DNA of 64,000 nt from positions 24,650 through 88,649 of the IMG/VR virus record IMGVR_UViG_3300036985_005327. The stretch is one strand, 5' to 3'. Within the stretch, counting starts at the first letter, position 1; each line of letters opens with the position of its first letter. The translations under genes and the position numbers were made by a program. Positions 56,593 to 64,000 of this stretch are shown one piece after another. The notes under the pieces were generated by a model. It saw only the letters and a program-made list of their open reading frames with translations. It did no database searches and had not been told where the DNA came from. The stretch comes from a virus.

Positions 56593-56979
56593 ATGGGATA
56601 CGGAGTGTGTAAAAAGCAACGGGACTATCAACGAGAATGGATTAAAAAAAGACGCGACGCTTGGATGCAAGACCATCCGGTATGCGTGTGGTGCGGCTCA
56701 AACATAAATCTACTAGTACACCATTTAAACCCTGACCTTAAAGTGGACCATAAAGTATGGTCTTGGGCAAAGAAACGCCGGGATGAAGAACTAGCTAAAT
56801 GCATAGTCATATGTACCGCATGTCACAACAGAGAACACCATAAGCCTAAATGCGATTTAGAAATGTCACATGGAACTCTAGCAGGGTATAAGACACACGA
56901 TTGTCGTTGTGTGCTGTGCCGACAAGCAAACAGGGATTACGAAATGATCCGTAGAATGCGAAAAGGAGAAAACGGATGA
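56593..56979 (+). CDS. HNH endonuclease
   Basis: CVWCG..LLVHHLNP...KCIVICTACHNREH; C-terminal HGT..GY...CRCVLC. Confidence 0.85.
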   Translation: MGYGVCKKQRDYQREWIKKRRDAWMQDHPVCVWCGSNINLLVHHLNPDLKVDHKVWSWAKKRRDEELAKCIVICTACHNREHHKPKCDLEMSHGTLAGYKTHDCRCVLCRQANRDYEMIRRMRKGENG

Positions 56980-57254
56980 CCGAAAAGACCCTCAACAACA
57001 CCAATATGACTGACCTCGCCAATAACGTCTCGGACGTTCAACTCCACGGCGACCCCGGTGCCTGGGTGTGCGTGTGCAAGGCTTCGAGCAAAGAGCAAGG
57101 CTGGATGAAGAGCACCAAGGCCATGAACATCCAAGGTCTCGGCGTCCTTGTGCAGGTGAGCACCCAGCAGGGTAATGAAGTCGCCGAGGCGCTGACGTTC
57201 ATTCCCCGCGCGCAAATCTACGTGTTGGATGGGAACGTCACCATTCGTGAGTAG
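56976..57254 (+). CDS. hypothetical phage protein
   Basis: AAAGGAG RBS; strong codon bias; KASS..GWMKSTKAM..VQVSTQQ. Confidence 0.7.
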   Translation: MTEKTLNNTNMTDLANNVSDVQLHGDPGAWVCVCKASSKEQGWMKSTKAMNIQGLGVLVQVSTQQGNEVAEALTFIPRAQIYVLDGNVTIRE

Positions 57255-57440
57255 TCGGGGAACCAGTGAGAGCATGCCTCACCCCCATATGGCTAGGGTA
57301 TGCAGGGGTTTATGCTTGACCTTCATTGCAAGCTGACCAGGTATAATAGGACCCTGGGGAGCGGATGGGAGCTCCGCGTTATTCAGTTTAACCAGTTGGC
57401 AGCTGGTCAGCGGCCTGAGTACGCCGCTTTAAAACTGCTT

Positions 57441-57492
57441 ACCCCAACAGCCTTAAATACTTTGAGCGGTACTAGGGTTGTTGGGGTTTTTT
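57441..57492 (+). terminator. stem-loop with U-tract upstream of tRNA-Leu
   Basis: accccaacagcc/ggttgttggggt + TTTTT. Confidence 0.6.
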
Positions 57493-57494
57493 AT

Positions 57495-57578
57495 GCGCTC
57501 GTGGCGTAATGGGTAGACGCCTCAGGTTTAAGCCCTGAGGTCCGTAAGGACGTGTCAGTTCGAGCCTGACCGAGCGTA
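57495..57578 (+). tRNA. trnL: tRNA-Leu(UAA)
   Basis: GCGCTCG/CGAGCGT-A acceptor; anticodon arm TCAGG-TTTAAGC-CCTGA; long variable arm GTCC-GTAA-GGAC; T arm GTCAG-TTCGAGC-CTGAC; CCA not encoded. Confidence 0.92.
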
Positions 57579-57605
57579 CTGGCCTCTCGTATGTAGCCTA
57601 GAAGG

Positions 57606-57640
57606 CCCCAATGGCACTAATGCTGTTGGGGTTTTCTTTT
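57606..57640 (+). terminator. intrinsic terminator
   Basis: ccccaatggca/tgctgttgggg + TTTTCTTTT. Confidence 0.7.
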
Positions 57641-57695
57641 GCCCATAAGCAAAAGGAAGGCGCAGGTGCGCCTGGGGAGGTGGGGGAGGCTGGGG

Positions 57696-57887
57696 TTACT
57701 TTTTGTTCCATATTCTCTTTGCGCTGAGAATACTTGCGGCGTTAGGGATCATTTCACCGGAACCACAGTTTGGACATTTCCACCACCAGCGATCATCAAC
57801 TTCAGTGTCGTGCACATCTACCTCACGCTGGTCGAGTACGAATACGACTTCTCCACCACAGAATGGACATGGTTTGTTTTTGGGCAT
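57696..57887 (-). CDS. Lar-family (restriction-alleviation-like) zinc-finger protein
   Basis: KPCPFCGG...CPNCGS....A..IWN; AAGGAG RBS. Confidence 0.75.
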   Translation of the reverse strand: MPKNKPCPFCGGEVVFVLDQREVDVHDTEVDDRWWWKCPNCGSGEMIPNAASILSAKRIWNKK

Positions 57888-58103
57888 TTTGCACTCCTTG
57901 TTTGGTTCAGAGCCCTTTACCCTGAATCGCTTACTTATACCGTTATGTTGTAGGGGTTTCTGGAATGGGTGTCAGACCTCCGTATATCGGGCCGTCTCTT
58001 GGTATAAGAACGCGTAGGAGTTTAAGGACTTCTGCACCACCCCTATTAAAAGGGGATTGGCATCCTCACATTTCGTGGGGCAGCACACAACAAGGAGTCA
58101 GCC

Positions 58104-58397
58104 ATGAAGGCTATCGTAAACAACGAAGTTCGGTCCGCATGCATCGGGCACGTTCACCCCCAGGGGTTTCGGCTCCTATCGGGGGTAGAGCTCCAGCTTT
58201 GCCTCACGCATACCCCCGTTCCCCCTCCCAGGGGAAACCACGTCTACGGTGCCCCCACCCACCTCCACATGTGGAGGTCTGAGTGTGGGCGCGTATACGG
58301 AGAGGCGTCCTACCAGGACGCGTTGATTTGTACCTACAAGGATGACGTCATCTGCTCTCCCGGACCCTCGGTGGTTCTCGAGTTTATCGAGGACTAG
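58104..58397 (+). CDS. hypothetical protein
   Basis: AAGGAG RBS; followed by hairpin gcccca/tggggc + U-tract (58402-58426). Confidence 0.6.
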   Translation: MKAIVNNEVRSACIGHVHPQGFRLLSGVELQLCLTHTPVPPPRGNHVYGAPTHLHMWRSECGRVYGEASYQDALICTYKDDVICSPGPSVVLEFIED

Positions 58398-58515
58398 TCT
58401 CGCCCCACATCTGGGGCATTTCTTTTGCCTTTAGCCCTCTTACAATAAGCCCCTTTTTTGCGGTAAAAGGGCTTGGTAAACCTAAACAAAAGTGTTCAAC
58501 ACAAAGGAGAAAAAA

Positions 58516-59370
58516 ATGAAGTCTATTGCAACTTTCGCTGAATTTCTTGGCGGGGTAAATCCTATCGGTTTGGCCGTTACGCTGTTTAGCCGTGGGATAC
58601 CAATTAACCAGTACACAGGAGAATACGACGAAACAGTATTAGGTAGTAAGGGTGGAGCCTCCCTTATCCTAGACATAGCATGCGCTAGAGAAAAAGAAGA
58701 ACAAACGCCAGAAAAAAAGGAGGAAGAAGAAGGAACTAAAGAAGAGGAACCAGCCGCAGAAAAGATAATAGATCCTTGGGAAGAGGTAGAAAACGAGTTT
58801 AAGAATAGACAGCTAGCTAATAATTCTACAAGTATCTATCACCAAGTAAAAGATAATAGAGGAAGAGATATAAAGCGGATAGCCCCTTCTGCTTATGAGA
58901 ACTGCTCGCGTAAAATGCAGTCGGCGTTACACGACCACGGTGTAATTTTTATGAAAGACAACAAAATGATGATGGACCGTAAACGTAATACTGGCCATTT
59001 TTATTTGGAAAGTAATAACCGTAAACGCGGAATACGGTCTGTTATAACAGTATCAAGTTCTAAATACACAAGTCCACCCACTACATACGTAGACACAGAT
59101 ACAGGAGCAAATATTATTGTACCTTCAGAAGCGGCTTGTAGATTAGCAATACGCGTACCCACACAAAAGATTAATTGGGAATGGTGTATAGCCTACATAA
59201 CTGGCTGGGATAAGATACTATTGTTTAAAGCTAATTGCTTTGCGTGGGAAGCAGACTATGAAAAGAAGAAGAACCATTATACTTCTAAAGCTATAAAAGA
59301 AAGTGCCACTGAATTCTTCTTTGACACCAATATCAATCTCTTAATCGCTGAACTACAAGCATTACGTTAA
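58516..59370 (+). CDS. hypothetical protein (AT-rich gene)
   Basis: ATG 58516 after AAAGGAG; Glu/Lys-rich linker. Confidence 0.65.
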   Translation: MKSIATFAEFLGGVNPIGLAVTLFSRGIPINQYTGEYDETVLGSKGGASLILDIACAREKEEQTPEKKEEEEGTKEEEPAAEKIIDPWEEVENEFKNRQLANNSTSIYHQVKDNRGRDIKRIAPSAYENCSRKMQSALHDHGVIFMKDNKMMMDRKRNTGHFYLESNNRKRGIRSVITVSSSKYTSPPTTYVDTDTGANIIVPSEAACRLAIRVPTQKINWEWCIAYITGWDKILLFKANCFAWEADYEKKKNHYTSKAIKESATEFFFDTNINLLIAELQALR

Positions 59371-59385
59371 AAGGAGCGCTCTCAA

Positions 59386-59673
59386 ATGGTATGGTTGATT
59401 GTTGTGGCAATCATATTGGGCTGGGTATTTCTGGTGATACTAATCGAAAACCTCAAACGTCACACAGAAGGAATTATCCTATACAACCAAGGGATGAACG
59501 TCCTCACAAAACACGCACACGAGCTAACGAAAGACCAGCTTGAATTCACGGCAACGTCCGTGGCGAAACTGCGACAGTATAAACGTTTTGCTATCATTGA
59601 CGTGATTGCTATTGTGATCTCACTCACGGCCTTGCTATGGAATATGTACAGCCTAGCTAAACGATTGAGCTAA
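59386..59673 (+). CDS. two-TM membrane protein
   Basis: AAGGAG RBS; two hydrophobic helices. Confidence 0.65.
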   Translation: MVWLIVVAIILGWVFLVILIENLKRHTEGIILYNQGMNVLTKHAHELTKDQLEFTATSVAKLRQYKRFAIIDVIAIVISLTALLWNMYSLAKRLS

Positions 59674-59685
59674 AGGAGAAACGCA

Positions 59686-59841
59686 ATGAAGATTTGGGGA
59701 AAGTACGTACCGACAGGAAAGGTCGAGTTAATCGACACGTGTGACAAGAAGGACGCGTGGAAAATAATTCGTGAATACCTCATGGCTTTTGGGGGTGGTT
59801 GGGTTATTTGGGCTGGACTCAAAAGGGATGAACCAAAATGA
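59686..59841 (+). CDS. small protein (51 aa) missed by ORF track
   Basis: AAGGAG RBS; MKIWGKYVPTGKVELIDTCDKKDAW...; ATGA-coupled to the next gene. Confidence 0.6.
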   Translation: MKIWGKYVPTGKVELIDTCDKKDAWKIIREYLMAFGGGWVIWAGLKRDEPK

Positions 59842-60086
59842 AAAACAAAGCCAACATCCTGCGAGAGTACGACTCCAAGAGGGATCTCCGTAGGCAGATA
59901 ATCGAGGACCTAGCTATCTATAAGACCGGAGTCGAAGAGTGTGTACGGCACGCGGCTAAGGCCCAGCGTGAACTCGAAGAAGCTCAGGAGCGTTTAACCC
60001 GAATCATGGAGTACGAGGAACGCAACCGCAAAGAGATCGACGAGCTGTGGAACCAGCTAGTTAATGAGGAAGGAGTGCACATATGA
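59838..60086 (+). CDS. coiled-coil hypothetical protein
   Basis: 82 aa, charged heptads, coupled on both sides. Confidence 0.6.
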   Translation: MKNKANILREYDSKRDLRRQIIEDLAIYKTGVEECVRHAAKAQRELEEAQERLTRIMEYEERNRKEIDELWNQLVNEEGVHI

Positions 60087-61429
60087 GGGACATCCATCCA
60101 GAAATCTTAGACCGGCTCGATACCCAAAAATCAGACACAGTAACGGTTTGGCAGGCGTCAGACGACGACAAGGTTGTACAGGCTGTAAAACAACTATCAG
60201 AGAATCCCATAGGCCACGTAAGCAACTTACGGTGGAAATCGCGGTTAACCATGTACTACGCGTGGGTGTTAACCGTCGTAAAGAGTGGAAAGCTTTCTAA
60301 GGACGCCGCTGTCCAATTTATGTCCCAGTCCTTTGACCCACCGTTTAGAGAGATAGTTGAGAAATGTAAGTACCAGTACTCGTACCACATGCTCACACGC
60401 ATGGAAGAGTACTCGGATATGTGCAGCACCGTGTCTCGTTTTATGACCGGGGATGTTGATGGCCCTCCTAGCACGATGATTATAGAGGCCATACAGACGC
60501 ACAACATCGCTAGGTTTTCGCACCTGACGTGGAAAAAGGCCGGGAAGAAAACGTACGTAGTCGCGCCAAAGTTAGCGGAGGCCCTTAAAGCCACCAAGCT
60601 GAGTAAGTACCCTGCCGACCTTCTACGTGCGCCAGCCCAGTCATGCTATGTAGAGTTCCCTCCCGGTGCTTTTGTGTTTACGACGTATTCTGACTCGGTT
60701 ACGCCGTCTTCTACTGGGTATGTCTCTCTGCCTGTTGAGGGCGCGTACATCTTAGAAGACACAAGCCCTATCGGACTTAGGTTGTGGCGCGTAGTGGTTA
60801 TCTGTCAGTACAAAGATAAACCGTCCGACAACGTACATATAAACCATTACTACATCCCTCTTAAAGAAGGTGTGTCTGTTGATTCATGTCTCGACGAAGC
60901 TGTCGGGATGATGAAGGGTGAAACAGAGTATGCCATAACAGTTCCTGACGAAGGGAGCGTAGGGAAGATTGGTGGCATAAACTTCAACAACGTGAGTTGG
61001 GATGACCGCATCGTTAACAGCGCCAAAGACATATTCAAGTTCTTAATGAACGTGGTTATCTACGTAACCAGAGCTGACGCAGACGCTACATTCGTGCACG
61101 TCTCTCCTGAGTACGAGAGTTTTAAGGCTCGCATGCTGAAGGCTCAAGGAAAGAAGCGTGAGGACCTAAAGGAGCGCATTCGTAAACTGAATCCCGGTAC
61201 TCGGGTGTTACTCGGTAAAAGCTACACCATCAAACGCTGGGATGACAAAACAGCGGCACAGTCGCCAGGGGAAGGACGCCACATCACCGTGCGTACACTA
61301 GTGTCCGGTCACTGGCGTAACCAGGCGTGTGGCGTAGGCAAGCTCGAGCACAAGACCATTTGGATCGAACCATTTTGGCGTGGCCCTGAGGCTGCGCCCC
61401 TAACAGCAAAGAGAGCCGTAGTAAAATGA
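60083..61429 (+). CDS. hypothetical phage protein with C-terminal V.GHWR...W..P.W.G motif
   Basis: AAGGAG RBS; TLVSGHWRNQACG...IWIEPFWRGP. Confidence 0.7.
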   Translation: MRDIHPEILDRLDTQKSDTVTVWQASDDDKVVQAVKQLSENPIGHVSNLRWKSRLTMYYAWVLTVVKSGKLSKDAAVQFMSQSFDPPFREIVEKCKYQYSYHMLTRMEEYSDMCSTVSRFMTGDVDGPPSTMIIEAIQTHNIARFSHLTWKKAGKKTYVVAPKLAEALKATKLSKYPADLLRAPAQSCYVEFPPGAFVFTTYSDSVTPSSTGYVSLPVEGAYILEDTSPIGLRLWRVVVICQYKDKPSDNVHINHYYIPLKEGVSVDSCLDEAVGMMKGETEYAITVPDEGSVGKIGGINFNNVSWDDRIVNSAKDIFKFLMNVVIYVTRADADATFVHVSPEYESFKARMLKAQGKKREDLKERIRKLNPGTRVLLGKSYTIKRWDDKTAAQSPGEGRHITVRTLVSGHWRNQACGVGKLEHKTIWIEPFWRGPEAAPLTAKRAVVK

Positions 61430-61953
61430 CAGACCAGTCGTGTTCGGAATGTGGGTCACATGTCTTCCTTGCCGTGGGCAAGGTATCCATTACACGGGTA
61501 ATTACCCTCGATAAACAGAAGTGTACCGTGTCTGATGTCTGCGAATCCAAGGCTATGCCGGTGGATGGTTCCTTTAGCCTGCGGTGTGCGGCCTGTAATA
61601 AACTGCATGACATGCGCACGGAACGCAAAAGGTTCGCGGTAATTGCTGGGCGGGAGCTGACCGAAGAAGAGTTCGATGATGGTAACGCCCCTAAGAAACC
61701 AACACTCCCTCGCGTAGTCGAGGAGAAAGTGGAGGAGACTGGTTTACCGCGTAAACACGTAAAGAAGGACGTATCCCAGCTCATACGTGTAACAGCGACT
61801 CCTTTGCGTCAGCCCGACAGAAAGAAAGGATGGAGGGTGGGAGATGACTACTTTGGCTGTGGTAAAGTGGTTGATTCCAATGCTGATGGGTTGTCCATCG
61901 AACAAGCGGATGGCCAGATAAAGCTGCTGCCGTGGACGAGCAGTAAAAAATGA
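61426..61953 (+). CDS. Zn-ribbon hypothetical protein
   Basis: CSECG...CAAC; ATGA-coupled. Confidence 0.6.
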   Translation: MTDQSCSECGSHVFLAVGKVSITRVITLDKQKCTVSDVCESKAMPVDGSFSLRCAACNKLHDMRTERKRFAVIAGRELTEEEFDDGNAPKKPTLPRVVEEKVEETGLPRKHVKKDVSQLIRVTATPLRQPDRKKGWRVGDDYFGCGKVVDSNADGLSIEQADGQIKLLPWTSSKK

Positions 61954-62123
61954 GAATTTACACAGCGAAAGAGGTAGCCAGGAAGCTACACATGGGACTA
62001 AAAAAACTGGGTGAGAATGTAAAGAAGGGGCGAATACCTGGATACCTAGGGGGTATTCCGTGGCAGTTTGACGCTGATGCGGTAGACGCGTGGTTGCGTA
62101 GCCCACAAGGATGGAAGCACTAG
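61950..62123 (+). CDS. excisionase/MerR-type HTH DNA-binding protein (57 aa) missed by ORF track
   Basis: MRIYTAKEVARKLHMGLKKLGENVKKGRIPGYLGGIPWQFDADAVDAWL (HTH_17 pattern); ATGA-coupled. Confidence 0.7.
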   Translation: MRIYTAKEVARKLHMGLKKLGENVKKGRIPGYLGGIPWQFDADAVDAWLRSPQGWKH

Positions 62124-62284
62124 AGGTGATAATATGGCTAGAAAGAAAGATATCAAAAGACCAAAAGAAACGAAGCGCATCAAGATAATAGGAGTACACA
62201 AATGAGCGGCGGCTCCTCTCACAGAGAAGAGGGCTATGGTGAAATGAGAACACACAAAGAGCGCGTCATCAATAAGGAGCAGCC

Positions 62285-62545
62285 ATGAATAGGAACACGG
62301 GGTTGACGGCCCTACTCACCATCGAGATCGTTACGGTGTTAGTGGCTGGTATCTGGGTGAACACACGCGATTTAAACGACTACAAGGAGTTTAGACATCA
62401 AATCGTTACTCTACAAGAACGCCTCACCGTGATGAAAAAACGCATCGCGAAGGCTGAGGAATCACTGGACGAGTGTCAGCAGGACTTGGTGGACCAGGGG
62501 GGCATGATACGCAGGATGCTCATGAAGGAGAAGGTGCAGCCATGA
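62285..62545 (+). CDS. membrane-anchored coiled-coil protein
   Basis: AAGGAG RBS; N-terminal TM. Confidence 0.6.
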   Translation: MNRNTGLTALLTIEIVTVLVAGIWVNTRDLNDYKEFRHQIVTLQERLTVMKKRIAKAEESLDECQQDLVDQGGMIRRMLMKEKVQP

Positions 62546-62895
62546 TGGGACCAGGGTTTGCAGCTCATGTGATGTCAGATTCAATCAAGAGAGTACTGCT
62601 CAAAATGACCATGACTACAGGGATTATTGCAGCCTTGGGTTTTTTATTCTGGATAGTATATCGACCCATTACTGAGGCTGAAGAGCTACGCACGGAAAAC
62701 AGAGGGCTCCAAGCGGTAGATAAACTGCAACAAGTATACATAGACGAGCTCGAGGCGGATAACGCCAAACTCTGTAAAGACTTTTGCCAAGAGGCAAAGC
62801 GGCTACAGGAATGTCAGCTCAATCTCCCGAGTGAGGACGCCGAGAGGCAGCTCTCGGTGGAGAGTATCGACAAGATCATAGGGGTTCACCAATGA
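62542..62895 (+). CDS. membrane-anchored coiled-coil protein
   Basis: ATGA-coupled start at 62542; GIIAALGFLFWIVY TM. Confidence 0.6.
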   Translation: MMGPGFAAHVMSDSIKRVLLKMTMTTGIIAALGFLFWIVYRPITEAEELRTENRGLQAVDKLQQVYIDELEADNAKLCKDFCQEAKRLQECQLNLPSEDAERQLSVESIDKIIGVHQ

Positions 62896-63266
62896 AACCA
62901 ACCAAACCCCTCAAAGATTGCTTCTTGTGCAGCATCTGCAAAGAAGCCCCAGGGTTCTTACCCCCGTGGGATTCTTGGGTACCGGGCTCTCAAGACGTCA
63001 GAAGCGAGGTAACACAGCCCTTGATGTGCAAGAGGTGTATCAAGGCTTTTGCGCGTGTTAAGAGCCACAGCGGCGCACACGTCGAAGGGCTACACACAAT
63101 GTTGGCTTGGGCAGCCAAGCGCGCTCGAGAAGCGGAGCATAGGAGGATGGCTGATAAAGTAAACGTGCTTGAGTACAAGCTCCAGAAAGAAATCGCAACA
63201 ACAAACGGTATCATACGAAAGTACGGAACCACAACCACAGAGATAGGAGACATGAATGCCAAGTAA
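62892..63266 (+). CDS. Zn-finger hypothetical protein
   Basis: CSIC...CKRC. Confidence 0.55.
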   Translation: MKPTKPLKDCFLCSICKEAPGFLPPWDSWVPGSQDVRSEVTQPLMCKRCIKAFARVKSHSGAHVEGLHTMLAWAAKRAREAEHRRMADKVNVLEYKLQKEIATTNGIIRKYGTTTTEIGDMNAK

Positions 63267-63492
63267 TGTTTATGACCTCAAGGGCGAGCTGCCCACCGCA
63301 GAAGAAAAGCGTGATTGGATATTCACCTTTGGGTGCGGGCAGCCTTATGCTGGACGTTACTGCGTAATCCACGGGACCTTTAATGCGGCCCGTGAGGAGA
63401 TGTTCCGTCGTCATGGGCAGATGTGGTCTATGCAGTACAGAACGCCAGAAGACGCGGGGGTGGAGACGTATGGACTCAAAGAACTCAAGTAA
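63256..63492 (+). CDS. hypothetical phage protein
   Basis: AGGAG RBS; FTFG.GQ....Y..I.GT...AR..M....G..W..QY. Confidence 0.65.
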   Translation: MPSNVYDLKGELPTAEEKRDWIFTFGCGQPYAGRYCVIHGTFNAAREEMFRRHGQMWSMQYRTPEDAGVETYGLKELK

Positions 63493-63502
63493 ACGTCTAA
63501 GG

Positions 63503-64000
63503 GTGAGAATAGGTCCTGAAAATTTGCGTGGGTATCGTCAACATTGTGATGTCCAAGAAAGGATACCTCTCAATATAGTTGAGATAGCTGATGCTAAACT
63601 TCAACTAGAAAAAACGGGAGGACTAGGAGTAAAGGCATCACTTAACCGTTACTATGAATTAGTAACAGAGAATATCATCGAGCAGTATCACTGCCACAAG
63701 TGTTCTGTGCAAGAACCCCACTTTAAGCATGAGTTCACTGGTAATAACTATGAGAAAGTTATGAAGCTATTTGACGGAGTAAAACAGCTTCCGACCCAGT
63801 GGTTAAAAGCCTATTTTGAGTATAAGCCCCTCCCGGACGCTGGTTTTGGGTTTACGGCGCTACGCTCTATGAGTTTTCCACAAATCTCAACAACAGGCGT
63901 TAATACATGCTTAGATAAGATACGGGGTGGCTTAAGCGCTGAATGTGTGTACCCGACAAACACACACGAAATTCTGTACCAGTATGTAATGTGCGCATTC
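63503..64000 (+). CDS. hypothetical protein, truncated by window end
   Basis: Open frame from GTG 63503 to 64000 without a stop. Confidence 0.55.
   Translation, partial: MRIGPENLRGYRQHCDVQERIPLNIVEIADAKLQLEKTGGLGVKASLNRYYELVTENIIEQYHCHKCSVQEPHFKHEFTGNNYEKVMKLFDGVKQLPTQWLKAYFEYKPLPDAGFGFTALRSMSFPQISTTGVNTCLDKIRGGLSAECVYPTNTHEILYQYVMCAF

Noticed and set aside
57300-57509. 69-aa plus-strand ORF
   Set aside because: Overlaps a promoter-like motif, a terminator and the tRNA 5' end; more consistent with non-coding RNA.
61950-62123. Excisionase-like HTH as evidence of a temperate lifestyle
   Set aside because: No integrase or att site in the window; this HTH family is common as stand-alone regulators.
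1-64000. Stop-codon reassignment
   Set aside because: TAA, TAG and TGA all end genes at tight junctions, and long conserved genes are uninterrupted in code 11.

Overview
This window is part of a large myovirus-type (probably jumbo) bacteriophage genome using standard genetic code 11. (i) 1-5670, minus strand: SNF2 helicase, Cas4/AddB-like nuclease, amidase endolysin and small Zn-ribbon proteins. (ii) 5703-44742, plus strand, virion module: a Zn-ribbon portal, then a bacterial-type RNA polymerase encoded as a beta+beta'(N-half) fusion with two LAGLIDADG inteins and a separate beta'(C-half) gene. A ligase-less LigD-like polymerase/phosphoesterase gene lies between the two RNAP genes. These are followed by about 15 head-internal/scaffold proteins, an intein-containing prohead protease, decoration and major capsid proteins, neck, tail sheath, tube, spike and fibre-like proteins. 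(iii) 44826-55610: mixed accessory and structural genes (MYG1-like, HExxH, ankyrin-like, FmdB) and an ORF-free, highly base-paired 330-nt segment. (iv) 55650-57640: an RNA cluster (tmRNA, tRNA-Leu(UAA), an aberrant tRNA-like element, several structured sRNA candidates) and an HNH gene. (v) 57696-64000: early-type hypothetical genes. The strongest unexplained signal is a proteome-wide peptide code in the head proteins: a very dense K-x-A(S/A) motif (candidate assemblin-like prohead-protease site) and a shared ~14-aa [FY]xxG[YW]x[DA][TA]Lxx[LV]G helix (candidate capsid-loading signal). That helix is also appended to the LigD-like enzyme and to cationic amphipathic peptide precursors. Other notable points are an intein ending in Tyr-Asp inserted directly after the RNAP catalytic DxDGD, and two candidate phage promoter motifs (TAYAMTT, GGTATAAG). 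All homology calls are from manual motif recognition; no database searches were run.
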